A stretch of 59,113 bases of DNA, filler included, from Globobulimina sp. (lineage: Eukaryota): the NCBI GenBank assembly GCA_003354225.1. It is 9 parts of 9 records of this genome, joined end to end, with 100 filler letters (N's around TTAATTAATTAA, not from the genome) between each part and the next. Parts side by side here need not be neighbours in the genome. Positions count along the whole stretch, not along the records: positions 39,551 to 46,013 come from PIVH01000289.1; positions 46,114 to 52,566 come from PIVH01000290.1; positions 52,667 to 59,113 come from PIVH01000291.1; 6 more parts are not named here. One strand, 5' to 3'. The notes under the pieces were generated by a model, which was not told the DNA's origin, searched no databases, and saw only the letters and a program-made list of their open reading frames with translations. The position numbers and the translations under genes are program-made. This document shows, piece after piece, positions 42,901 through 55,502 of this stretch. Each line of letters begins with the position of its first letter. Within the stretch, counting starts at the first letter, position 1.

Positions 42901-45900
42901 ATGCATCTCCTTCTTCGAATTATTGCTGTTGCCACCAAAAATGTTCACTTTTTGGGTTGTTAATTCTTTCATAATTAGTTTTTGTCTGTCAAACATTCCA
43001 GACAGTTCACTCGACAGAATCCATTTTTTTAATTTGGCTGATTCAATCTGAACATTTCTTATTTTGTTAAATTTGTTTGCTGGATTTACAGTGGCAGATT
43101 TCCAATGTAAAATACTCTTCGCCACTTGGGTGTAGTACGTTTGGATAAATTCGCCTTTTTCAAAATCTGCTTTGGTTAAATGTAACAACTGTTGAGTTGT
43201 CCTTATTGGTGGAAACTGCGATGTTCCTTTAATGTAAAATGATCTTTCTTGATTGGATATTGCATTGATTGAAGTTTGCGCGTTTAAAATTGATAGAGGT
43301 TGTTTGTACGTCGACTCATATTTAATATCATCAATTTTTTGTTTTTTATTAGCTGACGGCGATGCTGCTTTATTCGCTTTCTCATTTTTTGAGGTTTTAA
43401 TTGGTTGGTATTGAGATGGTACATGTTTTATCAAATCCTTTTGCGCGTAAAGTTCCCGTTCTTTGCCTTGTGATGCTAATTCTTTGGCAACCACATTCAT
43501 ATTATATTTGCCTATGATACTACAGGCAAAGAATGTTTCTAAATCTTTCATAGTAAATATAACAAACCTTAAATATTGATGTATTTCATCGGCATTATCG
43601 TAATGGTCTCCTAATGATGCCAGTCGTGGAGTTGATTCTCTCCTTAAAAAAGGAGCACCTAACTCAAAACATGTTTGACAGGTTGTTTGCCCTAAACCTG
43701 CGTAGCATAACATACATAAAGGATATGGTATCTTTCCCGCTTTAATACCTTTAACAAACTCAGAAGCAACACCCCAGAATATAGCCCAAATAATATAAAA
43801 AATACATTCCACAAAACAAAATCCTGCCTCCTTTTTGGCACTTGTCCTAAATTTAACTTTTCCAACAGTTTCAAATTGACATTTTTCCGATGTAAAAGAT
43901 ATCCATGAATTACCATACATTGTGGAAAATCCGAGGCGAAAGTTACCAATTTTCAACCAGTATATTGAATCAACTGCATCTCTGCAAAAAATAGATGTTT
44001 CAATGGCATGATTTATCCAACACCATCCGATTTGTGAGAAAAAACGATCTGAAATTGTTGATAAAAATGATCTGAAAAGGAGAATTGAAATGATTTTGAA
44101 TATTTAACTTTTCCGTAATTTACTCGGACCATTCTTCTGTAAATGCGCATATTTCGAATGGATGAATTTTTTTTCAGTTACAGTCCAGTAATTAACAATT
44201 TGTGGATTATACACTGTATTTTCAGAGGTAAAGCCAAACGCGGTAAGTCGGTCAAGTTGTACTGGTTTCCATATTTCGGTCATTGAATGTTTTTTGACGT
44301 TGAAAGCAAAAGCTTGTGCTGTACTGATACTTTTTTGGGGTCTGGTAATGCCGGCAATTGGTGTTTTGATTATTTCCCATTTATCGTTTTTATTTCGCAT
44401 TTTTTTTTGGATACATGCGAGAATGGAACTGGTGAATGGATATACTGCGTTGGCTATATCAATGTGAGGAAAATAATTCCAAATTAGTGAATCAGACGGA
44501 GGGGGTGGTCCTTGTAGAGATGGTAATAAACGTTTAAAATAATTTTTAGACTCTAAACTTTGAGATATTGTTTCATCGATATTTTCATTTTCTTTGTCGT
44601 CATCAACATCCATATTTTCATTTTCTTTGTCATCATCCACATCCATCCGTTCATTGTCTAAATTAAATTGGCATGCTGTAATTTGAATCAATTTATTCGC
44701 AGAGTTAATTAAAATAGGTATCCATTTTTTGGCCATCGCAATATCTTCTTGGCATGAATCATGCACTAATTTTCCTTGATTTGTGTTGATATCAAAGTGA
44801 GCAGATAGTAAACACTTGGATGACTCTTTGTGTTTGCTTTTGAGTTTTGTTAATTCTGCTGTTATATCTGTCAATGATCCATTTTCTTGTAGGTTCATAT
44901 AATATTTTGGCGATTTTTCTGTAAATAGATTCAATTTAATTTTAAACATCATAATTGCAAAAACACAAACGCTGTTCCTCGAAAAAAAATGAGAAACGCA
45001 TTATAGTAAAATACAATGTTGTACCTGCAATTTCATTTTGTTTTGTTTTTGATACTTGCTGTTGTTGTTCGTATCGTTTCATTTCGGTGATTTGTTGTTT
45101 GATTAATATTTGTCTATCTTGTACTTCTTGCTGCCGTTTGTTAAGTACTGAGTCGAAATGTGTCAAAAGAGTAACATCTTGAATGACGAGATTGGCAGCC
45201 AAGTCGTATATATCCTCGGTCAATACATAAATTATATGTAATAAATTGTACGTATCATCTTTAATTAAAAATGACGTGTTGTCATATTTATTCATCCAAT
45301 TTGTAACTCGGGCCTGTAATTCTGTCATGGGCATTGATAATAGATGAACAAATGTAATAGAATGGGGTCCAAACGGGTTTAAGTCACAAAACAAGTGATT
45401 GATGTCAAAAGCCAATGCATCTTTACATTTTTGTAATATAGATATATGTATCTCTGTCATTGTAGCTACATAATTAATGCAAGTATTCTCTTTCAATAAA
45501 TCTTTAAATATAAAATCAGTGGTTGCTAAATCTTTTTCTGTATAAATATTGTGTGTCTGAAATGTATGCTCAATATTTGAAAGGTTACATACCATAATCA
45601 TAAAATACATGAAACATTTGCTCTGTTTGTAAACATAATCCATTAAAATTAATATCAATGTTCGGGTCGATTAATTCATCATCGGTGAAACTCATTTCTG
45701 AATATGTGTCCTCTAAATTTGACATAAAAACGTTACAATCCATTGCTGCCACTCTTGATATTTCTCTGTATCTAATATCGGTGTCTGGCAAAGACATAAG
45801 TGTTTTGCAAACAATGGTTCCTGCGAGATCGTCATTGCCAGTCTCATCAAAGGCAAAATTCGCGTCTGTAAACGCCCAATGTATCAAACTTGGCACAGTT

Positions 45901-45938
45901 AACTGGGAACTTTTAGAATATTCACATAGAATTCGCAT
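39932..45938 (-). CDS. Cluster of co-oriented long ORFs, at least partly exons of one large unknown protein (introns 42779-42718 and ~44108-44050)
   Basis: A phase-1 intron joins the 43956 and 42652 ORFs in frame; C-terminal triple RK(P/A)PDK motif; MDVDDDKENEN duplication; no recognisable family. Confidence 0.45.
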
Positions 45939-46113
45939 AGGCGTATTTGCATTACCTTTAGCTGTTTATGGATGTGTTTATTTCAACGTAAAATATTAAT
46001 TGCATTAGAAATANNNNNNNNNNNNNNNNNNNNNNNNNNNNNNNNNNNNNNNNNNNNTTAATTAATTAANNNNNNNNNNNNNNNNNNNNNNNNNNNNNNN
46101 NNNNNNNNNNNNN

Positions 46114-49100
46114 AGTTAATGAGATTACAACAATTACTCTACAAATATCCAGATATTTTGATCGTGATTTTTGTTGCAATGACACGTTTATTTACCGATT
46201 CATTCCAATCATGACGCTGTCATATTTGTCACCTACTGCAGTATTTGAAAGATCCACATTAACCATAATTAATGATGAAGCAAGTGGCGAATTAACAGAA
46301 CCTGTAAACGTTTACGGTGAATATTTTTATTTCTCATCCGCGCTCTGCTGTAAATTTATGTTTGAAGATTTAGATTTGTTTTCAGAAATTGTAATTACAA
46401 ATGCAATTTATCAAACATCAAATCATATAACATGCCCAACACCGTATAATCGAGCTGTTGGTAATTATATAGTACTCATTAGTAATGATGGTGTGAATTT
46501 TGTCGGTTCAAATTTAACATTCGCCGTATTACCAATTATTACCATAACAAGTATTTTTCCAACCTATGGTAATTTTATGGGTGGTTATTTTGTCACATTA
46601 ATAGGGAGCGGATTCAATTCAACATATAATATACAGTGTGTATTTGATGATACTTATTTTAAAGATGCAATATATATTAATGATCAACATATAAACTGCA
46701 GTGTGCCGATACATAATCCGGGAACAATGGATATTTCATTGGCGTATAATTATCAGAAATTGTCGGAAATGAATAATATAAATATAAAATCGTTTGCGTT
46801 TACGTATGTATTGATAATGAGAATAGAATCACTATTTCCAACAATGGGTCCGTTGTCCGGCGGTACTAATCTCACGGTCATTGGTTATAATTTTATAAAC
46901 CAAACAGATGGTTTACTCGCATTGGATTTGAAATGTAGATTTAAAACATCTGCCAAAACATCCAGAAAAAATATGGAAATTGTATTTGAACGTCCAGTCT
47001 ATACAGACACCATTATGTCACACGACGGAACACAATTAATCTGCCAAGTTTTGTAATAGCATATTGTTTTTCTATTTTGATATAAATCAAAGATGATAAT
47101 ACCTACATAGACCCCAGCAAGAGATTTCGCGGGGTTTGTAACTGTGGAAATCGAAGCAACAAACGGTGAATGCACCGCACAGAATAAATTATTTAGATAT
47201 TATGATAAAATATATTTAGATTACACTATACCAACAACATCAAGAACCACCGGTGGTGATATAATCGCTATTTATGGAACTAATTTTGAATTTTCACCAA
47301 TTGGTTGGCTGCAATGTTTATTCTCTTTATATAATACTTCGTTATCCTCCACATCAATTATAGTAACTGCGAAATGGATGTCCGAACATGAGATGAAATG
47401 CAAAGCTCCAGATTTTGGAATCGCTGACCTTTGGAGCAACATTCAATATGATGCATACATACAAATATCAAATAGTAATGGTATAGATTGGAGTGAGAAT
47501 GTCATCAATATAACATTTAGAAATGATTTATTGATGCAGGCTACGACAATTTCACCACTATACGGTCCATCCACTGGCACAGAAGTGACTGTTACTGGTC
47601 TCAAGTTCCCATCTGATAAACAAGTTGCATGCCAATTTGGCAGTGATAAATTGCGAGCTATAGCTGACGTTATATCGGAGGTGTTATTAAAGTGCCGTGC
47701 TCCGTCCGTAGTTGGATCGATTGTGAATGATTCATGGACGACAAACTTTGCATTAGTTTCTGAGGAAGAAGTAATATTCCCATCAAATCTCAATTTTACA
47801 TATATTTTGTTGCCTGTATTGGATATGTTACATCCTACCGATGGTCCATATTTAACCTATAATGGAAGTATGGGTAATTTATTGATAACTGGCAGTAATT
47901 TACCAACATTGCCTGGTCTAACTACCGTATGTCGATGGGTTCGAGTATATGTTGCTGACACGACATTGGATTATAGAGTCAGTTCGTATACGTTAACAAA
48001 TGCGACAGTCTTAAATAGCAATGAATTGTTATGTGTGATACCAGAACCTACAGAAAAGGTTATATCCTATTACGGTGTAGAATTTTCATTCAATTTGCAT
48101 GATTATACAATGAGTCACTTAATGTACAGATACTATGAACCAATTCAATTAAAGAGTATCTCGCCTGATTTTACACCAAATACATCGAATGAATATACTG
48201 TGCAATTAATTGCAAATTATATACCATTTTGGAGAGAAATTAATTGTTGGTTGGAATTTAATACCTCATATAAAGTGAATGTGACACTGATAAACCAGGG
48301 CAGATTTTGGTGCGTTATTCCAAATCAACCCGCACCATCAACTCTATCTATCTGTGCTGGTATTTATGGCATTTCGTATGATTGTATTGCTATGAAATAT
48401 ATCCTTCCTGCTGAGCTGTATGACATTGAACCAACATTCGGTTTAACTCACGGACATACAAACGTTACGGTGAAAGGACACAGGTTCTACGATTCTGGAA
48501 TTGGTATTTTCTTCAAAATCTATAATGAACAGTATAATTTTACATCGACGGTAGAAGCGTTTTATGTGGACAATGAGACAGTGTATTTTGAAACGCATGT
48601 CGTAGAATATCCGGGAGTGTACGAATACAGTCTGACGCTTAATCGACAATCATTCACATCTTCATTTCTTAATTTTACATATATCATACCATCGCAAATT
48701 ATCTCTGTGACACCACATAATGTAATCTCAAGTGGAGGATCAGTTTTATCCGTAATTGGAGAAAATTATCCTATCCAACAAGCAAACGATACAGTTTATT
48801 GTATTTTATTTTTTGATGGCGTTTATTACTTTAAAATCAGAGGTACTTTATTATCAGCAACAAATGTAACCTGTGTTATGCCCGATTTTACGTCGTATGG
48901 CATTGAAACCGCACATGAAATAATATCTATTATGTTGACATTTAATGGTCAGAGTACTACAGCAATGGCAAGACAATTGCATATTGTCCCACCATTCAAC
49001 TTTACCTATGTTAACCCTATAAATGTGCAAATATATCGTATAACAGAGGTATACATTACTGGCACCAGCATTGGTTATAATAAATATGTTAATGTGTCAG

Positions 49101-52100
49101 AAGAATTGTTTTGCAGATGGAACGATACTATATTCACTAAAGCCGAATATTGGAACTTGACCACAATATGCTGCGATACACCAAACTTTACAAGCAATGC
49201 ATTGAATGAACTGAGATTAACATTCAATTTGCAACAATACTCGTCACCCATTTATATTTATTCATATTCGCGAATAATATTAGATTCACTAACTCCTAAT
49301 AACGTGGTCCATGAAGGCGGATCATTTGTTCTCATATTCGGTTCTGGATTTGTGGAAAGCGATTATCTGAAATGTAGATTTTATGACTTTTATGTAGTTG
49401 CATCAGAATTTCTCAATTCATCGTGTGTTAAATGCATAATAATGCCAAATGTTAAACAAAGACAAAATGTGTCGATTAAAGTCTCCAATAATGATATTAA
49501 TTATGATGGGGATATCAATAATGATCCCTTGTTTGTTGAATATCTAACACCAATAATATACTATGTAGATCCCAGAAATGGACCAGCTTTTGGTGGCACA
49601 GTATTGGAGGTTCAAGGTGGTTATTTTAAAAATACATCATATTTACATTTGTATATGATATGTGACCAAATTGATACTGCGACTGACGATTATATACAAT
49701 CTAACATCGTGCCCTTTTCCTATGTAAACTCCACTTACATGTTAATTTACAGTGCAGCAGTGATAGTGGACACTGCTCAAAAAGAAACAACCTGTCATAT
49801 TGAGGTGACAAATAATGGACAGGATTATTCCAGAAATGGTGCTGTATTTAATTATTATACATTATTGGTTGAGAAATTCTTACCACTGTCTGGCTCTGTG
49901 GATGGCGGGACAGAAATCATTGTCATTGGCTTTGGATTTCAAAATCGTTCGGAATTGAATTGTTTGTTTCATAATGTGACAAGTCAAGCATATATGTTAG
50001 AACCCGACCGATTGTCATGTAATTCACCACCATTTACCAATATTTTCCCTAATTTTGATTATTCGCAAACAAATGCATTGCCAATCAATGTAACCTTGGA
50101 AGTTACGAACAATTTATTGGATTATACCTCGCAACAAATGAAGTTTATTTATGAGATGAGACCATCCATTATAAGTATTTCGCCATCATCGAGAGTCGGT
50201 GATAGCATCACGCAGATCATTGTAAACTTAAATAATTCAAATAATTATGTGTTCAATGACTATGATAATACTGGTGGTTGGAGTGGCGCATATTGTAAAT
50301 TTGATGATCGTGTGAGAGTTGGCCAAATCATTAATAACCATACTATTTTATGTATTTCTCCGCCACTGCCATCTGGTACAAATGCAGTGATGTCAGTGTC
50401 GAATAATATGCAGGATTTCTCCAATGATTCCATAATATTTGCATACACCAATCTAACCGAAGGATATTATGTCAATGCAAGCGCAAATAATGTGGAAATA
50501 TCATGTCCGATTGGTTCGTATTGTCCAAAATCTACTTCAAGATATTTAACACATATACCATGTCGGCTTGGTTATTATCAACCAAATCCCGGCAGATCCG
50601 CATGCCATATATGTGTCCGTGGTCATGCATGTAACCAACGTGGATTATCATATCAACCAATATGTCCAGCCGGTTATGTATGTGAAGTAAACCAGGTCGG
50701 TAATGATGGTAAACCATGTCCATTTGGTTATTTTTGTGAGAATGGAACAGAAACATTTGTTCAACCAATTATTAAGTCCCAGCCATATGAATTACAGTCA
50801 TTGTATCGATCAACAATTGTGGATGGATGGAATACACAGTTTATATTCGTACAAAATGGTACTGAAAGATATCAGAATAAATCAGCCCGTGTTAATGATA
50901 TAATATTGATCGTTTCCAATGTAACATTGTTTTCAAATGCAACAGAAATACATAAATTAGCTTTAGCTGACATTAATACATCATTTATTCCACAATGGCA
51001 AGGTGAAAGGTCAGATATTCCGTATGGTTTAGTTTATGATTATCCGGATTCGATCGGAGTTACAAATATAAATATCATTAGCGATTCACATCCAATATTA
51101 TTAACTGCACAGTTTCGTTTACAAAGTGTATTTCTATTTTTGTTTTTTCAATACATTTGTTTCTTTTTACTCTGATTTTCAGTGATAATTCTCTTTATTT
51201 TACTGCATTTGATGGAGTATCGAGGAATTTATATAAATTGCATGTACCCGATCAGTCTGTAACATTATTGAAGATGTTTAACAGTGACTGCAACGTTTCA
51301 GTAGATGTGACATTATCATGTGGATCTGCTAAATATTGGGCAACCTTCAGAGGTATTATTTATTTCAGTGCTGATGGCAATGATGGTGCTGGCTATCAAT
51401 TGTGGAGAACCAACGGTACATCGGCGTCAACACTAAGATTATCAAATATCAATGTTGCAGAATCAAGTGGGTCAATTCCGAAATATTTAACTATTCAGAG
51501 TCATTATATGTATTTCAGTGCGAAAATAACAACAAACCGAGCATTATTTATTATGGAATTGCTCAATGAAGTTATATCACCAATACGTAACATGACATTG
51601 CCATATGACAATACTATATTAATGGCAAATAATGATCCAATTTATTTGGGTGAAATTTATAATTATTATATTTTTTTCGGTACAAACAATAATGTGACAG
51701 ATTTAACTGGTGATTATATACTGTCCACTACGCGAATGTGGGTGACTACTGCTGGCAGTCTCAATATTTCATTTTTAATTGATATTAGCAATATAACTGA
51801 CGATATATACAGATGGCGTGGAAGTGATGGCGGTTACGATTTAATTGGGAATGGAATCCGTTGTTTTACTGAGGATATGAAATGGATTATGTACACAACG
51901 ACCTATGATAATAATACGGGATATGAGTGTAGAATATATTTTACTGCGTTATCGCTAAATCCATCATCATGGCATAACTTTTCATATCAAATATGGGAAT
52001 CTGACGGTACTCCCAATGGCACACAATTATTAAAATCACCACAGCCGTGTCCAGAAGGTTTTTATTGTACTCTTAAAACCTCAACAAACGATCCAACCAT

Positions 52101-52566
52101 TGATTATTTGCAAGGCTCTCAAATATTTGATACTGTTCAGAATCAAACAACTTTGTACCAACAACATACGAACTTAACAGTGGATGATTTACCATATTAT
52201 CCAATGTTATGTTGGAATGGTTATTACTGCCCAGCCGGTTCAATGAATCCTCGCGGTTATGGTGCCTGTCCGACTGGTTATTATTGTCCAGGAACATTAA
52301 CCTCATCCCATCCAATAATATGTGCGCAAGGCACATTATGTCCAGGCTTCGGCAATAGAGATTATTATGAATGTATGCCTGGAACATGGAGTAATCACAC
52401 ACGGCAATCATTGTGTGAAACATGTCCGATTGGTTATGTCTGTGAAGGTGGTGATGATTTGCCGTCAATATGCCCAGCTGGTTTTGTTTGTGATGTCACG
52501 GGAACCGAAGTTGCTAATCAACCTTGTCCAGAGGGACATTATTGTATGGAAGGTACTGCAACGACA
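46114..52566 (+). CDS. Giant surface protein fragment: tandem IPT/TIG domains, Cys-rich CPxGxYC repeats and ELWxxDGT-type repeats; introns 47048-47110 and 51112-51182
   Basis: Repeated P..G...GG..V.V.G..F...C.F (IPT/TIG); CPIGSYCP, CPAGYVC; YFSADGNDGAGYQLWRTNGT, QIWESDGTPNGTQLLK; both introns join ORFs in frame. Confidence 0.85.
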
Positions 52567-53457
52567 NNNNNNNNNNNNNNNNNNNNNNNNNNNNNNNNNN
52601 NNNNNNNNNNTTAATTAATTAANNNNNNNNNNNNNNNNNNNNNNNNNNNNNNNNNNNNNNNNNNNNTATTGTTCTTTCTATTGGTATATACATTTCTATA
52701 TTACTATTCCTATTTGTATCCATTACAATATTATTTCTATTCCAATCCATTGTATCATTGTTTTCAATATCCATTTAATACAACCGGTATTCATGTCCGA
52801 GCAACAGTATAATTGCTATCATATCGATTGCAAAATACATTCCAGATGGCCGCAACAAAACAGAGAGCGTCCTTTGCCATTCGGCAAATGATAGCTTATT
52901 TCTTAGGTTGACACACTGAAAGATCGAAAAATCTTGATGTAAAATCGAGAATAGAAAATCGAGTTAGGAGCTAAAACTTCAATGTCTTGATGTTGGAAAT
53001 ATCCACGACTTGAAAACTTGTTAGTGAATTAACATTTTTCAAAGGAGTTAGCACCAAGTATTGTGAAACGATGTCAGTTCCCGTCATCAACAACGTCACT
53101 TGCATATTGATGTTATTGGAACATTTCAAAACCGTTGAGAATATATATAGAAGGTTGAATGACAAAGCTTTTGAGAGTTGGTGGAAAGATGACTTACTTC
53201 AAACCATTCTAAAAACAAATAATTGCAAATTGATATGATAATAATAGGGATCAATAATACATTCTGTTTGCTTTCTGCACATAAGCTTTCCACTTCAAAT
53301 TCTTTGGATTCACACTGCGTCAATGTCCTTGCCATTTATTCACTCTGATAAATTACCAATCGAAGAACAAACACAAAACAATTGATTGTAAACTTACAAA
53401 CACAATGTCTTCACCATTTACACAATCATCCAAATTACCAATCGCGTTCAGACATTA

Positions 53458-53713
53458 GGGATTGTTGGCAAATTACGTAATAAATTTGGATACCTACCTA
53501 GATAGGTGTCATGAAATTGTAACAAATTGTATCAACTTCAGTCAGCATGGCTTCGTCAGAATTCTGAATATGCAAGAATATGTTGTTCATTATGTGTTTA
53601 TATTGCTGCAAAGGGTTTACTAATCAACTCGAGTAAAATTGTAACAAATTGTAACAAATGACACCTACCTAGGTAGGTATCAAATTTTTATTACGTAATT
53701 TGCCAACAATCCC
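53458..53713. mobile_element. PIF/Harbinger (Tourist-like) MITE with ~55-bp TIRs and TTA target-site duplication
   Basis: GGGATTGTTGGCAAATTACGTAATAAA...TAGGTGTCAT (53458-53512) is inverted at 53658-53713; flanked by TTA|GGG...CCC|TTA; internal AAATTGTAAC repeats. Confidence 0.85.
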
Positions 53714-53926
53714 TTACATACCTTAGCCTGCATATCATCCCACCAACAAAGAATGTATTATTATTAGTACATATTATTATGAGCCACAAACAACACCAGG
53801 AATTTGTAAATATAATATAAACACAAATGAAACACAAATGAATCACAGACATTTAAACCTTCTTTACATGGTCAATTTATTGATCCATCAAATAATACAT
53901 TAATATTATATGGTGGTAACTATGAT

Positions 53927-54487
53927 ATGTTTCAAATATTTGATTTCAATACAAATCAAATGAAACATATGATCAGTGAATGTGGTATGTATCCTGAAAA
54001 TACATTTATCCCATCACCAATGAATCAAATACATACATTGGATTGGAAATGTAATCATTATCAATTTAATCTTACAAACAAAGAAACAATTAAAATAAAA
54101 ACAAATTCAGAATTAAAAGCACATAATATTATATATCCCAAATTGACATATATTAAATGCCATCAAAAATTATTCATTTTTGGTGGTAATCAAAATAATA
54201 AAATATTTTCATATAATAATAATAAATGGAACATTAATAAATTAACAATGCCATATGAAGAACATAGTATTTATTATGATATATTAAATGGATTTAATAA
54301 TATTGTATTGGTGTGTTATTTTCCAAAAAAAGAAATACATATTTTAGATTTACTTCGTTTCAAATGGCATAAATCAAAATATGCATTGCCAAATGATTTT
54401 AGGAATCCAGGTTGGAATAAATATGTAATGAAAATAGACACTAATATTCATATTATTGATTTTAAAGAGAATATTAATTTAAAGTAA
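53927..54487 (+). CDS. Degenerate Kelch-like / beta-propeller fragment
   Basis: KLFIFGG..NNKIFSY, IHILDLLRFKWHKSK; the neighbouring frames appear disrupted. Confidence 0.4.
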   Translation: MFQIFDFNTNQMKHMISECGMYPENTFIPSPMNQIHTLDWKCNHYQFNLTNKETIKIKTNSELKAHNIIYPKLTYIKCHQKLFIFGGNQNNKIFSYNNNKWNINKLTMPYEEHSIYYDILNGFNNIVLVCYFPKKEIHILDLLRFKWHKSKYALPNDFRNPGWNKYVMKIDTNIHIIDFKENINLK

Positions 54488-54789
54488 ACATATATAATAT
54501 AATACCACGTGAAATTATTATATCTCATCGGACACATTTTAAAGGATTAATAATGGGATATATTCGCCAAAATGAGTTATCATTTAAACCAATACCATTG
54601 CTTTTCTGGGAAAATTCGAAAATTGTAATTTACCAACCATGGGAAACAAAAAAAAGCAAACTGCAGAAACAAACAAAAAAATTACCACCTACTCACGCAA
54701 CAAAACCACAAACCGTAGAAAATAAAAGTGACATTTCGGTCAATAATAACACAGATAAACATATGAAAATAGAAGAATCAAGTGCCTGA

Positions 54790-55270
54790 TGAATTTGCCA
54801 ATACACTTGTAATGGACAATGGATCTTATTTAATAAGAGCAGGCTTCTGTGGCGACAATTACGCAATACAAAATGGCATCATTCAGAATTGGAATGATAT
54901 GGTATGTGTTTTTGTAAAGATATCAATCACATGAATACAATGATTCATTAATTTCAGACAGAAATTTGGAAACACACATTCTATAACGAATTGAGAATAT
55001 CACCTGAAGATCATCCATTATTAATGACCGAACCACCATGTAACCCCAAAGCAAATAGAGCAAAAACTGTATAAATAATGTTTGAACAATTTGATATTCC
55101 AAGTTTGTATTTAGCAAATTCTTCCTTGTGTGCAATGATTGCAAGTGGAAGGAGTACAGCTATTGTATTGGATTCAGGTTATCACAGCACTAATATTATT
55201 CCAATTTATGAAGAAATGGGTACTAAAAAAGAGCTTATGATTGGTGGATCTCATGTGACACAATATAGCG
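54790..55270 (+). pseudogene. Actin-like pseudogene / highly divergent actin fragment
   Basis: [86 protein letters not shown]; in-frame TAA at ~55072, deletions, no C-terminal half. Confidence 0.75.
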
Positions 55271-55502
55271 GCTGTGCTCGGCAAAACACTCTCGTAAATT
55301 TTACCTTTGGAAAGCTTGAATTATGAAATATCTAAAGAATTATGAAATAAAAATAGAAAATTATGAAATAAAAATAGTGTCTATTTTTGTTAATTCAGTT
55401 TACCACAGAACCCAAATCAATCACAAAACAAAAAATCAAATCACAAATCAATCACAAAACAACTCTCTTTCTTGTTACATTGCATCATACCGTATCAGAC
55501 AA

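Noticed and set aside
39932-45938. Prokaryotic or viral operon
   Set aside because: ORF junctions contain phase-compatible GT-AG introns and I recognised no viral hallmark gene.
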